From Cyanobacteria bacterium auto_48_18 (GTDB lineage Bacteria > Cyanobacteriota > Vampirovibrionia > Obscuribacterales > Obscuribacteraceae), in assembly GCA_036170915.1 (NCBI GenBank), contig JAVHQC010000015.1, forward strand, positions 64,001-128,000: 64,000 nt of DNA, given 5' to 3'. The notes beneath the pieces are model-generated. The model ran no database searches and was not told where the DNA came from. It saw only the letters and a program-made list of their open reading frames with translations. The translations under genes were made by a program, and so were the position numbers. Positions 20,079 to 30,377 of this stretch are shown here, in pieces; position 1 is the first letter of the stretch; each line of letters opens with the position of its first letter.

Positions 20079-21119
20079 ATGGAAAACCACGCCGAAAAAC
20101 GCGCAGTTACCATTCTCGGAGCCGGGTCCTGGGGCCTGACCCTGGCCAACCTCTGGTGCCACAGCGGCCGCACAGTAAAAGTCTACTGCCGCAATGAAGC
20201 CAACGCTTTGAAACTGTCCACAACCAAACTGATGGAAAAACCCCGCGCTCAGCAGATTGCCGCCGAAGTTTTGATTACCAGTTCTCTCGAAGAATCGCTC
20301 AGCGACACCAGCCTGATTGTTTTTGCCTGCACCTCACAAGCAATGCGCGAGCTGGCCGGTCGTGTGGTGCAATGTCAGGCTCTCAGCAAAAATGGCAACA
20401 TTGACAAAGTAGTGGTCAGTGCCACGAAAGGCCTGGAGTTAGGCACACAGCTGCGTATGAGTGAAATCTTGGCCGCTACTTTTGGCTCAGGCGAGTCAAA
20501 TATTGAGGCAAAAGTGGCATCACTATCAGGTCCTAATCTGGCCGATGAGGTGCTAAGCGGACTACCCACAGCCTCAGTGGTGGCGTCTGCTGATTTTGAG
20601 CTGGCGCGATCTTTGCAAAGTCAGCTGTCGGCGCCGAAGTTTCGTGTCTACGCCAGCGATGACCCGGTTGGTGTCGAACTGGGCGGCACTTTGAAAAACG
20701 TAATAGCCATTGCCGCCGGCATCTGTGATGGATTATCTCTTGGTGTCAACGCCAAAGCCTCGCTTCTTACCCGTGGTCTGGCCGAAATTACCAGGCTGGC
20801 TGTGCGTCTTGGTGCTAAACCGCATACAATGGCTGGTCTGGCCGGAATGGGCGATCTCTTTGCTACATGCTCCGGGCCACTTTCACGAAATTATCGAGTT
20901 GGTTACGAGATGGCACGCGGCCGCCCCCTCAGTCTCATTCTCGACGAGCTCGGCTCAGTGGCTGAAGGGGTGACCACTACCGAGTCTGTTTGTGAACTTT
21001 CTCAAAGACTGGGGCTGGAGCTGCCCATAGCCTGGCAAGTGGAGTCCACACTTAAGGGAAAATCAACACCGGCAGGCGCTATCATGGCACTCCTGAGCCG
21101 ACCACTAGCCAAGGAATGA
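20079..21119 (+). CDS. gpsA: NAD(P)H-dependent glycerol-3-phosphate dehydrogenase
   Basis: GAGSWG, TKGLE, LSGPNLA, LKNVIAIAAG, GDLFATC..SRN, AEGV. Confidence 0.96.
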   Translation: MENHAEKRAVTILGAGSWGLTLANLWCHSGRTVKVYCRNEANALKLSTTKLMEKPRAQQIAAEVLITSSLEESLSDTSLIVFACTSQAMRELAGRVVQCQALSKNGNIDKVVVSATKGLELGTQLRMSEILAATFGSGESNIEAKVASLSGPNLADEVLSGLPTASVVASADFELARSLQSQLSAPKFRVYASDDPVGVELGGTLKNVIAIAAGICDGLSLGVNAKASLLTRGLAEITRLAVRLGAKPHTMAGLAGMGDLFATCSGPLSRNYRVGYEMARGRPLSLILDELGSVAEGVTTTESVCELSQRLGLELPIAWQVESTLKGKSTPAGAIMALLSRPLAKE

Positions 21120-21220
21120 GAGCATTAATATTTGTCAGAAAAACATCTGATAATCCGATTTTTAACCAGTGACCATTGAACATATCAGAGTAAACAAAGC
21201 CAGACTAAACAAAAGAGGGA

Positions 21221-22516
21221 ATGCCGGTGCCGAAGCGAGTTTTAATGCTGTCCTGGGAGTATCCGCCAAGAATCATCGGTGGTTTAGCTCGGGTAGTTTG
21301 GGCCCTCTCTCGCGAGCTAGTCAAGCGCGGCTGCGAAGTTCACGTAGTAACAGCTGACCACCCGGGCCAGCCTGAGCACGAAATGGCTGACGGCGTGCAT
21401 GTGCACCGTGTCAAAACTCAGACTGATACCACTCCAGATTTTCTTACTTGGGTCAATCGCCTAAATTTTGGCTTGCTGCAATACGCCATTCAAATTCATC
21501 GCAAGACTCCTTTTGATATTATTCACGCGCATGACTGGATGGTGGCAGACGCTGCCTGGGTGATGAAGAGTGGTTTCGGCATCCCTTTTGTTGCCACCAT
21601 GCACGCCACTGAGTCTGGCCGCATGCACGGTATTCATGGTGATTTGCAAAGCTACATTCACCAGATGGAATGGCGTTTGACCTTCGAAGCCTGGGAGGTA
21701 ATAGTCAATTCCAACTCTATGCATGATGAGCTGCAGCGTTCGTTTAAAATGCCGTCCGACAAGATTGTAATTATTCCCAACGGTACTGATCCCGAGACTT
21801 TCAATTTTCCTTTCACCAATCATGCCATTCGCAGTAATTATGCTCGCGATCAAGAGCAGATTATTCTTTACGTCGGTCGTATGGTGCGCGAAAAAGGTGT
21901 GCAGGTTCTGCTTGATGCTGCTCCTCGAGTGCTCTCTGAACGGCCCGGCACGCAGTTTCTTATGGTCGGCACCGGCTATTATCTGGAAGATTTAAAACGT
22001 CAGGCCTGGAGCAACGGTGTCGGTGAGAACGTACATTTCCTTGGTTATATTGGTGACAGCGAGCTGCTCGATCTCTATAAGGTTGCCGATGTAGTTTGCA
22101 TCCCCAGTCTTTACGAGCCATTTGGTATCGTCGCTTTAGAAGGCATGGCCGCTAAAGTTCCGGTGGTCACTTCAGATGTTGGCGGGCTGAAAGACTTTGT
22201 AGAAAATATGGTCACTGGTGTCACCACTTATGCCGGCGACTCCACCTCGCTTGCCTGGGGCCTGCTGCAAGTCTTACGCAATCCGGAGCTGGCACAGCGC
22301 TTGCGCGAAACCGCTTACGACAAAGTCACCCATATTTACAACTGGAAAGTAATTGCCAGTCGTACTTATGAGGTCTATGAAAAAGTTCTCAATGAGGCCA
22401 ACATGCAAAAAGCCAATCAAGAAACTTCACCAGATGCGGTGGCACCTGCCGAAGTAATCGGTAAGACCATGGCACAATTGCCTACCGCCGCTAAAGCGGG
22501 AAAGACTAAAAACTAG
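21221..22516 (+). CDS. GT4-family glycosyltransferase
   Basis: WEYPPRIIGGL, HAHDW, VGRMVREKG, PSLYEPFGIVALEGMA. Confidence 0.92.
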   Translation: MPVPKRVLMLSWEYPPRIIGGLARVVWALSRELVKRGCEVHVVTADHPGQPEHEMADGVHVHRVKTQTDTTPDFLTWVNRLNFGLLQYAIQIHRKTPFDIIHAHDWMVADAAWVMKSGFGIPFVATMHATESGRMHGIHGDLQSYIHQMEWRLTFEAWEVIVNSNSMHDELQRSFKMPSDKIVIIPNGTDPETFNFPFTNHAIRSNYARDQEQIILYVGRMVREKGVQVLLDAAPRVLSERPGTQFLMVGTGYYLEDLKRQAWSNGVGENVHFLGYIGDSELLDLYKVADVVCIPSLYEPFGIVALEGMAAKVPVVTSDVGGLKDFVENMVTGVTTYAGDSTSLAWGLLQVLRNPELAQRLRETAYDKVTHIYNWKVIASRTYEVYEKVLNEANMQKANQETSPDAVAPAEVIGKTMAQLPTAAKAGKTKN

Positions 22517-22559
22517 TTTAGCTCGTTGTTTTAATTCGTAGATAGCTCAGGAGAAATGT

Positions 22560-25127
22560 ATGAAAGCGGTAATCATGGCTGGTGGTTCCGGAACACGTCT
22601 GAGACCCCTAACTTGCAATCTACCTAAGCCTATGGTGCCGGTAGGAAACAGGCCCATGGCTGAGCATGTGGTGAACTTGCTGAAAAAGCATAATTTCCGC
22701 GATATAGTTTTTGCTCTGCACTATCTACCTGATGCCATTCGTGATCACTTTGGCGACGGCAGCGATTTTGGTGCCAATATCAGCTATTCCATTGAAGAAG
22801 GCAAACCCCTTGGTACTGCCGGTTGCGTCAAGATGGTGCAAGACCATCTTGATTCTACTTTCGTTGTGATTTCGGGCGACAGTTTAACTGACATGGACCT
22901 CTCTGCCGCTCTTAAATTCCACAAAGAGAAAAAATCGAAAGCTACCCTCATTCTTAAAAGGGTAGAAAATCCTCTAGATTATGGCGTGGTTATTTGTGAC
23001 AACGATCAGCGCATTCAGCGTTTTGTGGAAAAGCCTGGTGCCAGTGAAATCTTTTCCGACACTGTAAATACCGGAACCTATATTTTAGAACCTGAAGTTC
23101 TGCTCTACATTGTTATGGGCCGCGAACAAGATTTTTCCAATGACCTCTTCCCTCTGCTCTTGCTCAGAAATGAGCCTATGTATGGTTACGTAGCTGACGG
23201 TTACTGGTGCGACATCGGCAACTTGGCTGTATACCGTCAGGCTCATAAAGACGTGCTCGACGGACTTGTGGAAATCGAGTGCGACTTGCCGCAGATTCAA
23301 CCGGGCGTGTGGGTTGGTCAGGGCACGCAGATAGACTCTTCCGTTAAGCTTGAAGCACCGGTAATGATCGGCAAGAATTGTCGCATCGGCAGAGAGACTA
23401 TGATTTCTCCTCACACCACCCTTGGTGACAATGTGGTAGTGCAAGAGAAAGCTTCTCTCAAGCAACCGGTTGTCTGGTCAAATGTCTATGTTGGTGCAAA
23501 GGCAGAATTGCGTGCTTGCGTAGTCTGCAACAACGCCACCATCCATAGTTCCGCTTCACTGCTGGAAGGGGCGATCATCGGCGACAATTCTTCCATCGGT
23601 CAAGAAGCGTCAGTCAACCCTGATGTGCGCATCTGGCCTGACAAAAATGTAGACTCCGGCGCTAAAGTGCTGACGTCTCTGATTTGGGGCACTAGAGCAC
23701 CCCGCACCTTATTTGGTGCCCACGGTGTGCGTGGTCTCGCCAATGTAGAAATCACTCCTGAGTTTGCCGTTAACCTTGCCGCCGCATATGGTGCAACTTT
23801 AAAAGGTGGGCCAGTGCTGGTTAGTCGCGATTACTGGAAAGTCAGCCAGATGATCAGTCGCACCATTGTCTCTGGTCTTGTATCAGTGGGCATCGAAGTG
23901 CAAAATCTAGAATCTATGTCGTTGCCGATTTCAAGACACTACGTCAAGACACAACGAGCTGCTGGCCTGGTTCACGTGCGCGTTTCACAAAGAGAAATCG
24001 AAAAAATCACAATCGAATTTTTCGACAATCAGGGTGTGGCGATAACTAAATCGATGGAGCGCAAAATTGAAAGCACCTTCTTCAAAGAAGACTTCCCGCG
24101 CTGTTCTCCAGCTGATGTAGGCACCATCTCCTTCCCCAGTCGCGTGCGAGAGTACTATGTTGACGAGTTTCTCAACCATGTTAAAGGGCAGGTCTTCGAA
24201 GAAGACAAAGTGCCTTTCTGTATCGTACCGGGCACAAACTACACTCGGGTAACAAAAACCGGCAACCTGGCCACACACGCTCCAAAAGCTGTGATTGACT
24301 ATGCCATGGCTGAAACCGGTGTGCTGCTGCCAGACTTGTTGGGGCAACTGGGCATTGAGACAGTGGTGCTCAATTCATCCATTCGCAACACCCCGCCTAA
24401 ACAAGAAGAGCGCATTACTATGCGCAAACAACTGGCTGATGTGGTCAAGGCGCTAAACGCCGATCTCGGCGTGCAGATTGGTCGCAATGGTGAACAGATG
24501 ACTCTGGTTGACGAAACCGGTCAGGTGATTCGCGGCGAGCTACTTTTGGCTACAGTGGCCGATATTATTTTGCGTGACAAGCCGGGTCGTTCTATTGTTG
24601 TGCCGGTAAATTCAAGTTCTATTGTTGAGCGCATTGCCTCCCGCTACAACTGCAAAGTTGTTCGCTGCAAAGCATCTGAAACTGAGATTGGTAGTACTAC
24701 TGCGCGCATGGAAGACGCAGTGGTGGGTGGCAGCGCTAATGGCTGCTTTATTTTCCCAGAATTCCAAAACGGCTACGATGCCATGTTTGCAGTGGGTCAG
24801 GTGCTTGAACACCTCACCTACCAGGGTCGCACTCTTCATCAAGCAGTGACTGACTTGCCGCCACTGTTCTATCAGGTTGATTCAGTACATTGCCCGTGGG
24901 AGCGCAAAGGGCGAGTGATGCGCTTGCTTGTGGAAAAACACCACGACCGGCCCATGGAGCTTCTGGACGGTGTCAAAATTCAAACCAGACCTGACCACTG
25001 GATTTTGATTTTGCCGGATGCCGTAGAACCTTTGGTGCACGTTTATGCTGATGGTGCTGATTTGCAACAAACGTCAGCGGATCTCAACGAATATACGCAG
25101 ATGGTGCGATATTTGCAGCGCGCTTAG
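22560..25127 (+). CDS. Sugar-1-phosphate nucleotidyltransferase / phosphohexomutase-like fusion (mannose-1-P guanylyltransferase type)
   Basis: MAGGSGTRLRPLT..PKPM, hexapeptide repeats, C-terminal PGM/PMM-like region LFGAHGVRG..DGVKI. Confidence 0.9.
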   Translation: MKAVIMAGGSGTRLRPLTCNLPKPMVPVGNRPMAEHVVNLLKKHNFRDIVFALHYLPDAIRDHFGDGSDFGANISYSIEEGKPLGTAGCVKMVQDHLDSTFVVISGDSLTDMDLSAALKFHKEKKSKATLILKRVENPLDYGVVICDNDQRIQRFVEKPGASEIFSDTVNTGTYILEPEVLLYIVMGREQDFSNDLFPLLLLRNEPMYGYVADGYWCDIGNLAVYRQAHKDVLDGLVEIECDLPQIQPGVWVGQGTQIDSSVKLEAPVMIGKNCRIGRETMISPHTTLGDNVVVQEKASLKQPVVWSNVYVGAKAELRACVVCNNATIHSSASLLEGAIIGDNSSIGQEASVNPDVRIWPDKNVDSGAKVLTSLIWGTRAPRTLFGAHGVRGLANVEITPEFAVNLAAAYGATLKGGPVLVSRDYWKVSQMISRTIVSGLVSVGIEVQNLESMSLPISRHYVKTQRAAGLVHVRVSQREIEKITIEFFDNQGVAITKSMERKIESTFFKEDFPRCSPADVGTISFPSRVREYYVDEFLNHVKGQVFEEDKVPFCIVPGTNYTRVTKTGNLATHAPKAVIDYAMAETGVLLPDLLGQLGIETVVLNSSIRNTPPKQEERITMRKQLADVVKALNADLGVQIGRNGEQMTLVDETGQVIRGELLLATVADIILRDKPGRSIVVPVNSSSIVERIASRYNCKVVRCKASETEIGSTTARMEDAVVGGSANGCFIFPEFQNGYDAMFAVGQVLEHLTYQGRTLHQAVTDLPPLFYQVDSVHCPWERKGRVMRLLVEKHHDRPMELLDGVKIQTRPDHWILILPDAVEPLVHVYADGADLQQTSADLNEYTQMVRYLQRA

Positions 25128-25267
25128 TGATCTCAAGGCAAAAGCTACAATTAATCAAAAGTCGGTGTGATTTCCGGTACTTGAGGCTATTAAGCTACTA
25201 TTGAAGAGATTTAAATTGCGCCAATCTGGGCATACCAGACTTGGCTGGCAAGGAGGCCTTGTTTGTT

Positions 25268-26077
25268 ATGTTCGGAAAAAATGATGGTAGACAGCAACCC
25301 AATAAGTCTGGAAAAGAACGCAAGTTCTTAGACGGTAATCCGGGTAACCCAACGCAGCAAGCGCAACAAGGGCCTGGTCGTCAGGTCGACCGCTCCATGT
25401 TTTCCAACGGTGCCATCGCTCCTCAACCTGGTCAGCAAGCTGATTGGTCAATGGCGGTGTCAGAGCAGATTCTCGTTTATCATGAGTCTGAGCCGGTTGC
25501 CCATGGTCAAGACTGGATGTCGCAGCTCAAGCAAGAATCGTTGCAATTTCTCGCTGATCAGCGTGGCGTGCATCTGCAAGAAGTTTATCGAGAGTCAATC
25601 TACAAGTCAGGCATCGCCATCCTTGTTGACAAGATTTATGGCCTGCTGCAGCGCTACATGTATGAGTTTAACCAGGTGGCTAACGGCACCGAGTTGCATG
25701 TCACCGGTTCGATTTCAGGAGATGTAACTGAGGTCACTCGCTACAATCGTTTCAGAGAAGCCGAAGAAACCAAAACCTATTTCCGCTGTCGCTTTTCCAC
25801 CAAGCTCTGCTCACTTTGTGTGCGCGGTTGCGACGACATTGTCGAAGCATTTATCGTGCCTACCAGTAAAGTCATGGCTTTGAGTCGCACCGAAAATGAT
25901 TATCCGCCGCTGGCAACCATTCAAGTACGCATCACCGAACAAGGCATGATGTGGCGTATGCAAGACAGCAATCCGCCGGTAGAAACACTTGATCAGCTTT
26001 GTATGTGGTTATTTTCGGCTATGGTGCAAGAAACCAAGAATTATGCCCGTCTAAATGGCGACGAGGCCGTCGGATAA
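25268..26077 (+). CDS. Hypothetical protein
   Basis: Long ORF; AGGAGG RBS before ATG 25268. Confidence 0.7.
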   Translation: MFGKNDGRQQPNKSGKERKFLDGNPGNPTQQAQQGPGRQVDRSMFSNGAIAPQPGQQADWSMAVSEQILVYHESEPVAHGQDWMSQLKQESLQFLADQRGVHLQEVYRESIYKSGIAILVDKIYGLLQRYMYEFNQVANGTELHVTGSISGDVTEVTRYNRFREAEETKTYFRCRFSTKLCSLCVRGCDDIVEAFIVPTSKVMALSRTENDYPPLATIQVRITEQGMMWRMQDSNPPVETLDQLCMWLFSAMVQETKNYARLNGDEAVG

Positions 26078-26290
26078 TACACCTGAGCAAACCGCAGAGA
26101 AGGCCACCAGGTCTTCTCTTTCGCTTTGTAAGCACCAGATTGATGACACCATCTCTGGTATTATTTTGAGGAAAAATGCCTTTTGCCATGTTTTAATACA
26201 TGTAGATTTAATTCTCATACAAGTGGTAATAACTTGATAGTAAGAGTTGTTTTTCCTCAAGTCTCTTGAAAATCTAGGAGCTAATTTTCT

Positions 26291-28057
26291 ATGGTTGCTA
26301 TCAATCCCGAGATGTTGCGGGAGCTTCTCGAAGAGTTCACCGAGAAGGAAGAAGTTACTCGCGAAGAGATGAATGCTATCAACCAGCAGATAGCGGAGTT
26401 AGAAAAACGCATCGAATCAAGTAAAGCAAAGCTTGCCGGGCTGAATAAAGATCGCGACAAGATTATAGCCATGAGAGAACGCTATCTTTCAGGCAATTGG
26501 AAACTGCAGCTCAGCAACATGGCAGAAAATCATGGCGCTGCCGCGATTCATACTGGTGCTCAATCTTCAAATAATCCAGTTGCAGCTGTACCTGCCTCTG
26601 CACCTGCAGCGGAACCTGCAACTACTCCTAGTGTGGCGGCTCCTACGCCTGCGGAAGGCAGAGCGGCTCGCCGTGCTGCACGCGAAGCTGCTAATGCAGC
26701 GAATCAAGCTCAAGCTCCAGCGGCCCCTACACCAGTTGAAGCTCAAGCTGTTCCACCTGTAGCTACAGCTGCTGAAGAGCAATCTGCTCCTGCTCCTACT
26801 CCTGATCTTGCTCCTGCTCCTGCATCTGATGTGACTCCAGTAGTGGAGGCGCCCCCAATAGACCAACCATATGTGCAGGATGTCTCCAGTCAGGCTGTCG
26901 AGCCGGAACAGCCCTATTTCGAAGATGAGGACACCGCTACTTTTGGTGTTGCAGACCAATCAGATACGGCAATCGAACATGCGCCGCCTGATGATCCGAT
27001 CATGAGTTCCTTTAATATGGCTGCCAGTGCTCCTGATCTTTCCTCTTCTTTTGCGCAAACTGTTCCAGTTTCAGCTCCAGCTCCTGCTCCGGCAGCAGAA
27101 CCAGCCGCTGAATTGGAAAACTCTGGATTTTCGTGGAGTTCCACTGCTATTAATGCGGTGGAGGCGGCACCTAGTCCCGTTATGTCTAATCCAGTAGTAT
27201 CAGCTCCCGCCATGCCTGCTAATCCCTGGGGAGATCCTCCACAGGCGGTAGCAGCGCCTCCTGTTGATCAACGCCAGAGCCCCGCCGACATCTGGGGGCA
27301 CCCAGAGGCAGTTCAAACCCCTCCTCAAACCCCTCCTCAAACACCATCTCCTGCGGCTCCTGCCGCCGGAGGTTGGGGCGATTTTGGTGAAGATTGGCAA
27401 ATAGCTGAGGCCCAAAAAGCTACAGGCAACAAAATACCCACTGTCACTCAGCCAGTCAGCGAACCTCCAGCTGAGAGCACCGGCGGCGGATGGGGGCAAC
27501 CGGCCTCACCATGGGGCTCACCTCAAACACCTGCTGCCGATACTGGTGGTGGCGGATGGGGGCGACCAACGGCCAGCCGTCAGAATATGCCCGCAATGGC
27601 ACCACCTGGAATGTTACCTGGACCGGCCATTAATCCTAATCCCGCTTCTAGTGCGCCGGTTGAAGCACCACCTGTGGCCGACGCCTGGGGTCGCAGCTCG
27701 CAATCTACAGCAGGGTGGGGAACACAAACCAGTCCATGGGGCGATCCTGCAGCCCAGGCCCAAGCTCCTCAAGCGCCTCAAGCGCCGACACCAGCCCCGG
27801 CACCGGCACCAATGCAGCCAACCAGTTTTGAACAGCCACCAGCAAGCGAAGCCGCACCGTCCAGTTTAGCCAGAGCAGCTGATGGGGCTTTGATTAGTCC
27901 TGTTAAAGGTCGTCGTCGTTCAACCGGCGCTCCGGCAGCATTCGATTGGGGCTCTTCTGATTCCAGCGGTGCTGCAGATCCCAATCAGGCGGGCGGTTCA
28001 GAAGATCCAAACGACAACAAAAAAATCGACGACGTCCTCAAGGGCCTTTTTAAATAG
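26291..28057 (+). CDS. Coiled-coil plus long Pro/Ala-rich disordered protein with WG motifs
   Basis: AGGAG RBS; N-terminal heptad coiled coil, low-complexity linker, terminal helix IDDVLKGLFK. Confidence 0.75.
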   Translation: MVAINPEMLRELLEEFTEKEEVTREEMNAINQQIAELEKRIESSKAKLAGLNKDRDKIIAMRERYLSGNWKLQLSNMAENHGAAAIHTGAQSSNNPVAAVPASAPAAEPATTPSVAAPTPAEGRAARRAAREAANAANQAQAPAAPTPVEAQAVPPVATAAEEQSAPAPTPDLAPAPASDVTPVVEAPPIDQPYVQDVSSQAVEPEQPYFEDEDTATFGVADQSDTAIEHAPPDDPIMSSFNMAASAPDLSSSFAQTVPVSAPAPAPAAEPAAELENSGFSWSSTAINAVEAAPSPVMSNPVVSAPAMPANPWGDPPQAVAAPPVDQRQSPADIWGHPEAVQTPPQTPPQTPSPAAPAAGGWGDFGEDWQIAEAQKATGNKIPTVTQPVSEPPAESTGGGWGQPASPWGSPQTPAADTGGGGWGRPTASRQNMPAMAPPGMLPGPAINPNPASSAPVEAPPVADAWGRSSQSTAGWGTQTSPWGDPAAQAQAPQAPQAPTPAPAPAPMQPTSFEQPPASEAAPSSLARAADGALISPVKGRRRSTGAPAAFDWGSSDSSGAADPNQAGGSEDPNDNKKIDDVLKGLFK

Positions 28058-28215
28058 CGCTTGAAATCAATTGAGACGGTTTGCCGGCGGGTGCTGATAA
28101 GACAGCCGTCATACAGTTCGTAAAGCTGTTTGTTAACATATGCTGCGTTGATAGCGGTTTCGCCGCTGCTTTTTGCTTGGACAGAGCCGACAGGCTGCTT
28201 TTGATGGGAGACGCA

Positions 28216-28428
28216 ATGAAACAAGTTTGTTCAATGATGGCGGGTGTGGTAATTGAAATCCTCGTCAAGCCAGGCGACCAGGTTAGCGAAGGCACTGACG
28301 TAGCCATTCTTGAATCAATGAAAATGCAATTGCCAGTGGCTTCCACTGAGGCCGGCAAGGTTGAAGAAGTCAAAGTTACCGGCGGAGATTTTGTCAACGA
28401 AGGCGACTTGATCATCACGCTGAGCTAA
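28216..28428 (+). CDS. Biotin carboxyl carrier protein (stand-alone)
   Basis: ILESMKMQ biotinylation motif, VKPGDQV, GDFVNEGD; GGGAG RBS before ATG 28216. Confidence 0.9.
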   Translation: MKQVCSMMAGVVIEILVKPGDQVSEGTDVAILESMKMQLPVASTEAGKVEEVKVTGGDFVNEGDLIITLS

Positions 28429-28449
28429 TCTATTTATTAGTGGTTAATT

Positions 28450-29388
28450 ATGTTCGAAGCATTGCCAGCCAGCATTCAAGTATTTGAAGTCGGCCCCCGC
28501 GACGGGTTGCAGAATGAGTCGGCTATGGTCGCAACTGCCGATAAAATCAAGTTGATAGAAGCAATTGCTGCCGCCGGTCTCAAGCAAATTGAAATCACTT
28601 CTTTTGTCTCGCCCAAATGGATACCACAATTAGCTGATGGTGCGGCTCTTGCCAAAGAGTTGCACTTAGCTCCGTCGCTTGGTGTGCGCACCTCTGCCCT
28701 GGTGCCAAATTTAAAGGGCTATGAAGCTGCCGTGCAGGCCGAGCTCAAGCAAATCAATTTGTTCATGTCGGCTTCGCAGTCGCACAGCAAGAAAAATATC
28801 AATAAAACTATCGACGAGGCAGTGGCTGCCATGGCTGAAGTGGCCACAGTTGCTAAGGCTGATGGCAAGCGGGTGCGCTGTTATCTTTCTACGGTTTTTG
28901 CCTGCCCTTATGAAGGAAAAATTGCACCCAGCGCGGTTTTTGAAATTGTGCAGAAACTTTTGGCAATGGATGTGGACGAAATTTCGCTGGGTGACACTAT
29001 TGGCGCGGCCACACCGAAAGAGGTCTTTCAGATGGTCAAGGCACTTTCTAGAGATGTATCCCTGTCAGCACTGGCTCTGCATTTTCATGATACGCGCGGT
29101 ACAGCACTGGCTAATGTGGTGGCAGGGTTGGAGAGCGGCGTCACTATTTTTGACAGCAGTCTGGGCGGCCTTGGTGGTTGCCCTTATGCGCCGGGTGCTT
29201 CGGGAAATCTAGCTACTGAAGATCTCGTCTATATGCTGCATGGTATGGGCATTAACACTGGCATTGATTTAGAAAAACTAGTAGATGCCGGCCTATTGGC
29301 ACAAAGAATCTTGGGCAAAAAATTGCCAGGTCGTTATTTGATGGCTCGGTTGGCGGAGCGCGAACAGTCTATTAAAGCCAGCGCTTGA
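28450..29388 (+). CDS. Hydroxymethylglutaryl-CoA lyase
   Basis: EVGPRDGLQNE, LGDTIG, HFHDTRG, GGLGGCPYAPGASGN. Confidence 0.96.
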   Translation: MFEALPASIQVFEVGPRDGLQNESAMVATADKIKLIEAIAAAGLKQIEITSFVSPKWIPQLADGAALAKELHLAPSLGVRTSALVPNLKGYEAAVQAELKQINLFMSASQSHSKKNINKTIDEAVAAMAEVATVAKADGKRVRCYLSTVFACPYEGKIAPSAVFEIVQKLLAMDVDEISLGDTIGAATPKEVFQMVKALSRDVSLSALALHFHDTRGTALANVVAGLESGVTIFDSSLGGLGGCPYAPGASGNLATEDLVYMLHGMGINTGIDLEKLVDAGLLAQRILGKKLPGRYLMARLAEREQSIKASA

Positions 29389-29389
29389 G

Positions 29390-30265
29390 GTGGAATTGAC
29401 GATGATAACTAAGGAAAGCGTTGCTATGACTGATGAAGTGCTCACTATAGAAAGAGAAGGCTCGATTGCCTGGCTTAAACTCAATCGTCCTAAAGTGATG
29501 AATTGCCTTAACCGTCCGCTATTGAATGCACTTTTGCAGGCCTGTAGTGAACTGGCCAACGATCGCCAGATTAGAGTCGTGGCTATCATCGGAGCCGGCA
29601 GCAAGGCTTTTTGCGCTGGCGCTGACCTGGCTGAGCGTAAGGGCATGACTCAAGGCGACACCCTCGATTATCTAGCTTTAATTCAGCGCACCATGCGAGC
29701 TATTGAAACATTACCGCAGGTGGTAATTGCAGCAATAAATGGCTCAGCCTGGGGTGGCGGATTTGAACTGGCACTAGCTTGTGATCTTAGAGTTATGGTT
29801 GACACCGCTCAGATGCGTTTGACTGAGGTCAAGCTTGGTATCATCCCTGGTGCTGGTGGCACTCAGCGCTTACCTCGCCTGATTGGTAAATCAAGAGCGA
29901 AAGAATTGATTTTGACTGCTGCACCTGTAACTGCTGAAAATGGCATGGCCATTGGCTTGATTCACCGGGTGGTCGAGCTAGAAGAGGGTTATATGAATAG
30001 CTCCGCCGGTAAAGCAGTGAGCGAAGGTGGTTATCTTGAACCTTTAATGGCTCAGGTAAGAACTTGGGCTGCAGAAATTGCTACAGCTGCACCACTCTCT
30101 TTGAGGCAAGCGAAAATAGCAATTGATCAAGGCTATGACCGCGATCTGGAAGCGGGCCTGGCTCTCGAAACTCGCGCTTATCTAGAGCTGGTTAATACAA
30201 AAGATCGACTGGAAGGTCTTTCGGCGTTTGCCGAGAAACGCTCACCTGTTTTTCTCGGAGAATGA
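29390..30265 (+). CDS. Enoyl-CoA hydratase (probable methylglutaconyl-CoA hydratase)
   Basis: AFCAGADL, GGGFELALACDLR, IPGAGGTQRLPRLIG; adjacent to HMG-CoA lyase. Confidence 0.9.
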   Translation: MELTMITKESVAMTDEVLTIEREGSIAWLKLNRPKVMNCLNRPLLNALLQACSELANDRQIRVVAIIGAGSKAFCAGADLAERKGMTQGDTLDYLALIQRTMRAIETLPQVVIAAINGSAWGGGFELALACDLRVMVDTAQMRLTEVKLGIIPGAGGTQRLPRLIGKSRAKELILTAAPVTAENGMAIGLIHRVVELEEGYMNSSAGKAVSEGGYLEPLMAQVRTWAAEIATAAPLSLRQAKIAIDQGYDRDLEAGLALETRAYLELVNTKDRLEGLSAFAEKRSPVFLGE

Positions 30266-30377
30266 CAAAGCAGTGACAAATCGATTTTCAAAACAAGCTC
30301 AAGATTTGGAAGCAATCTGGCAAAAGACAATTTCAAATAAGAACGATTTTCCCAGTTTTTCTGGATACAAAGAAAAG

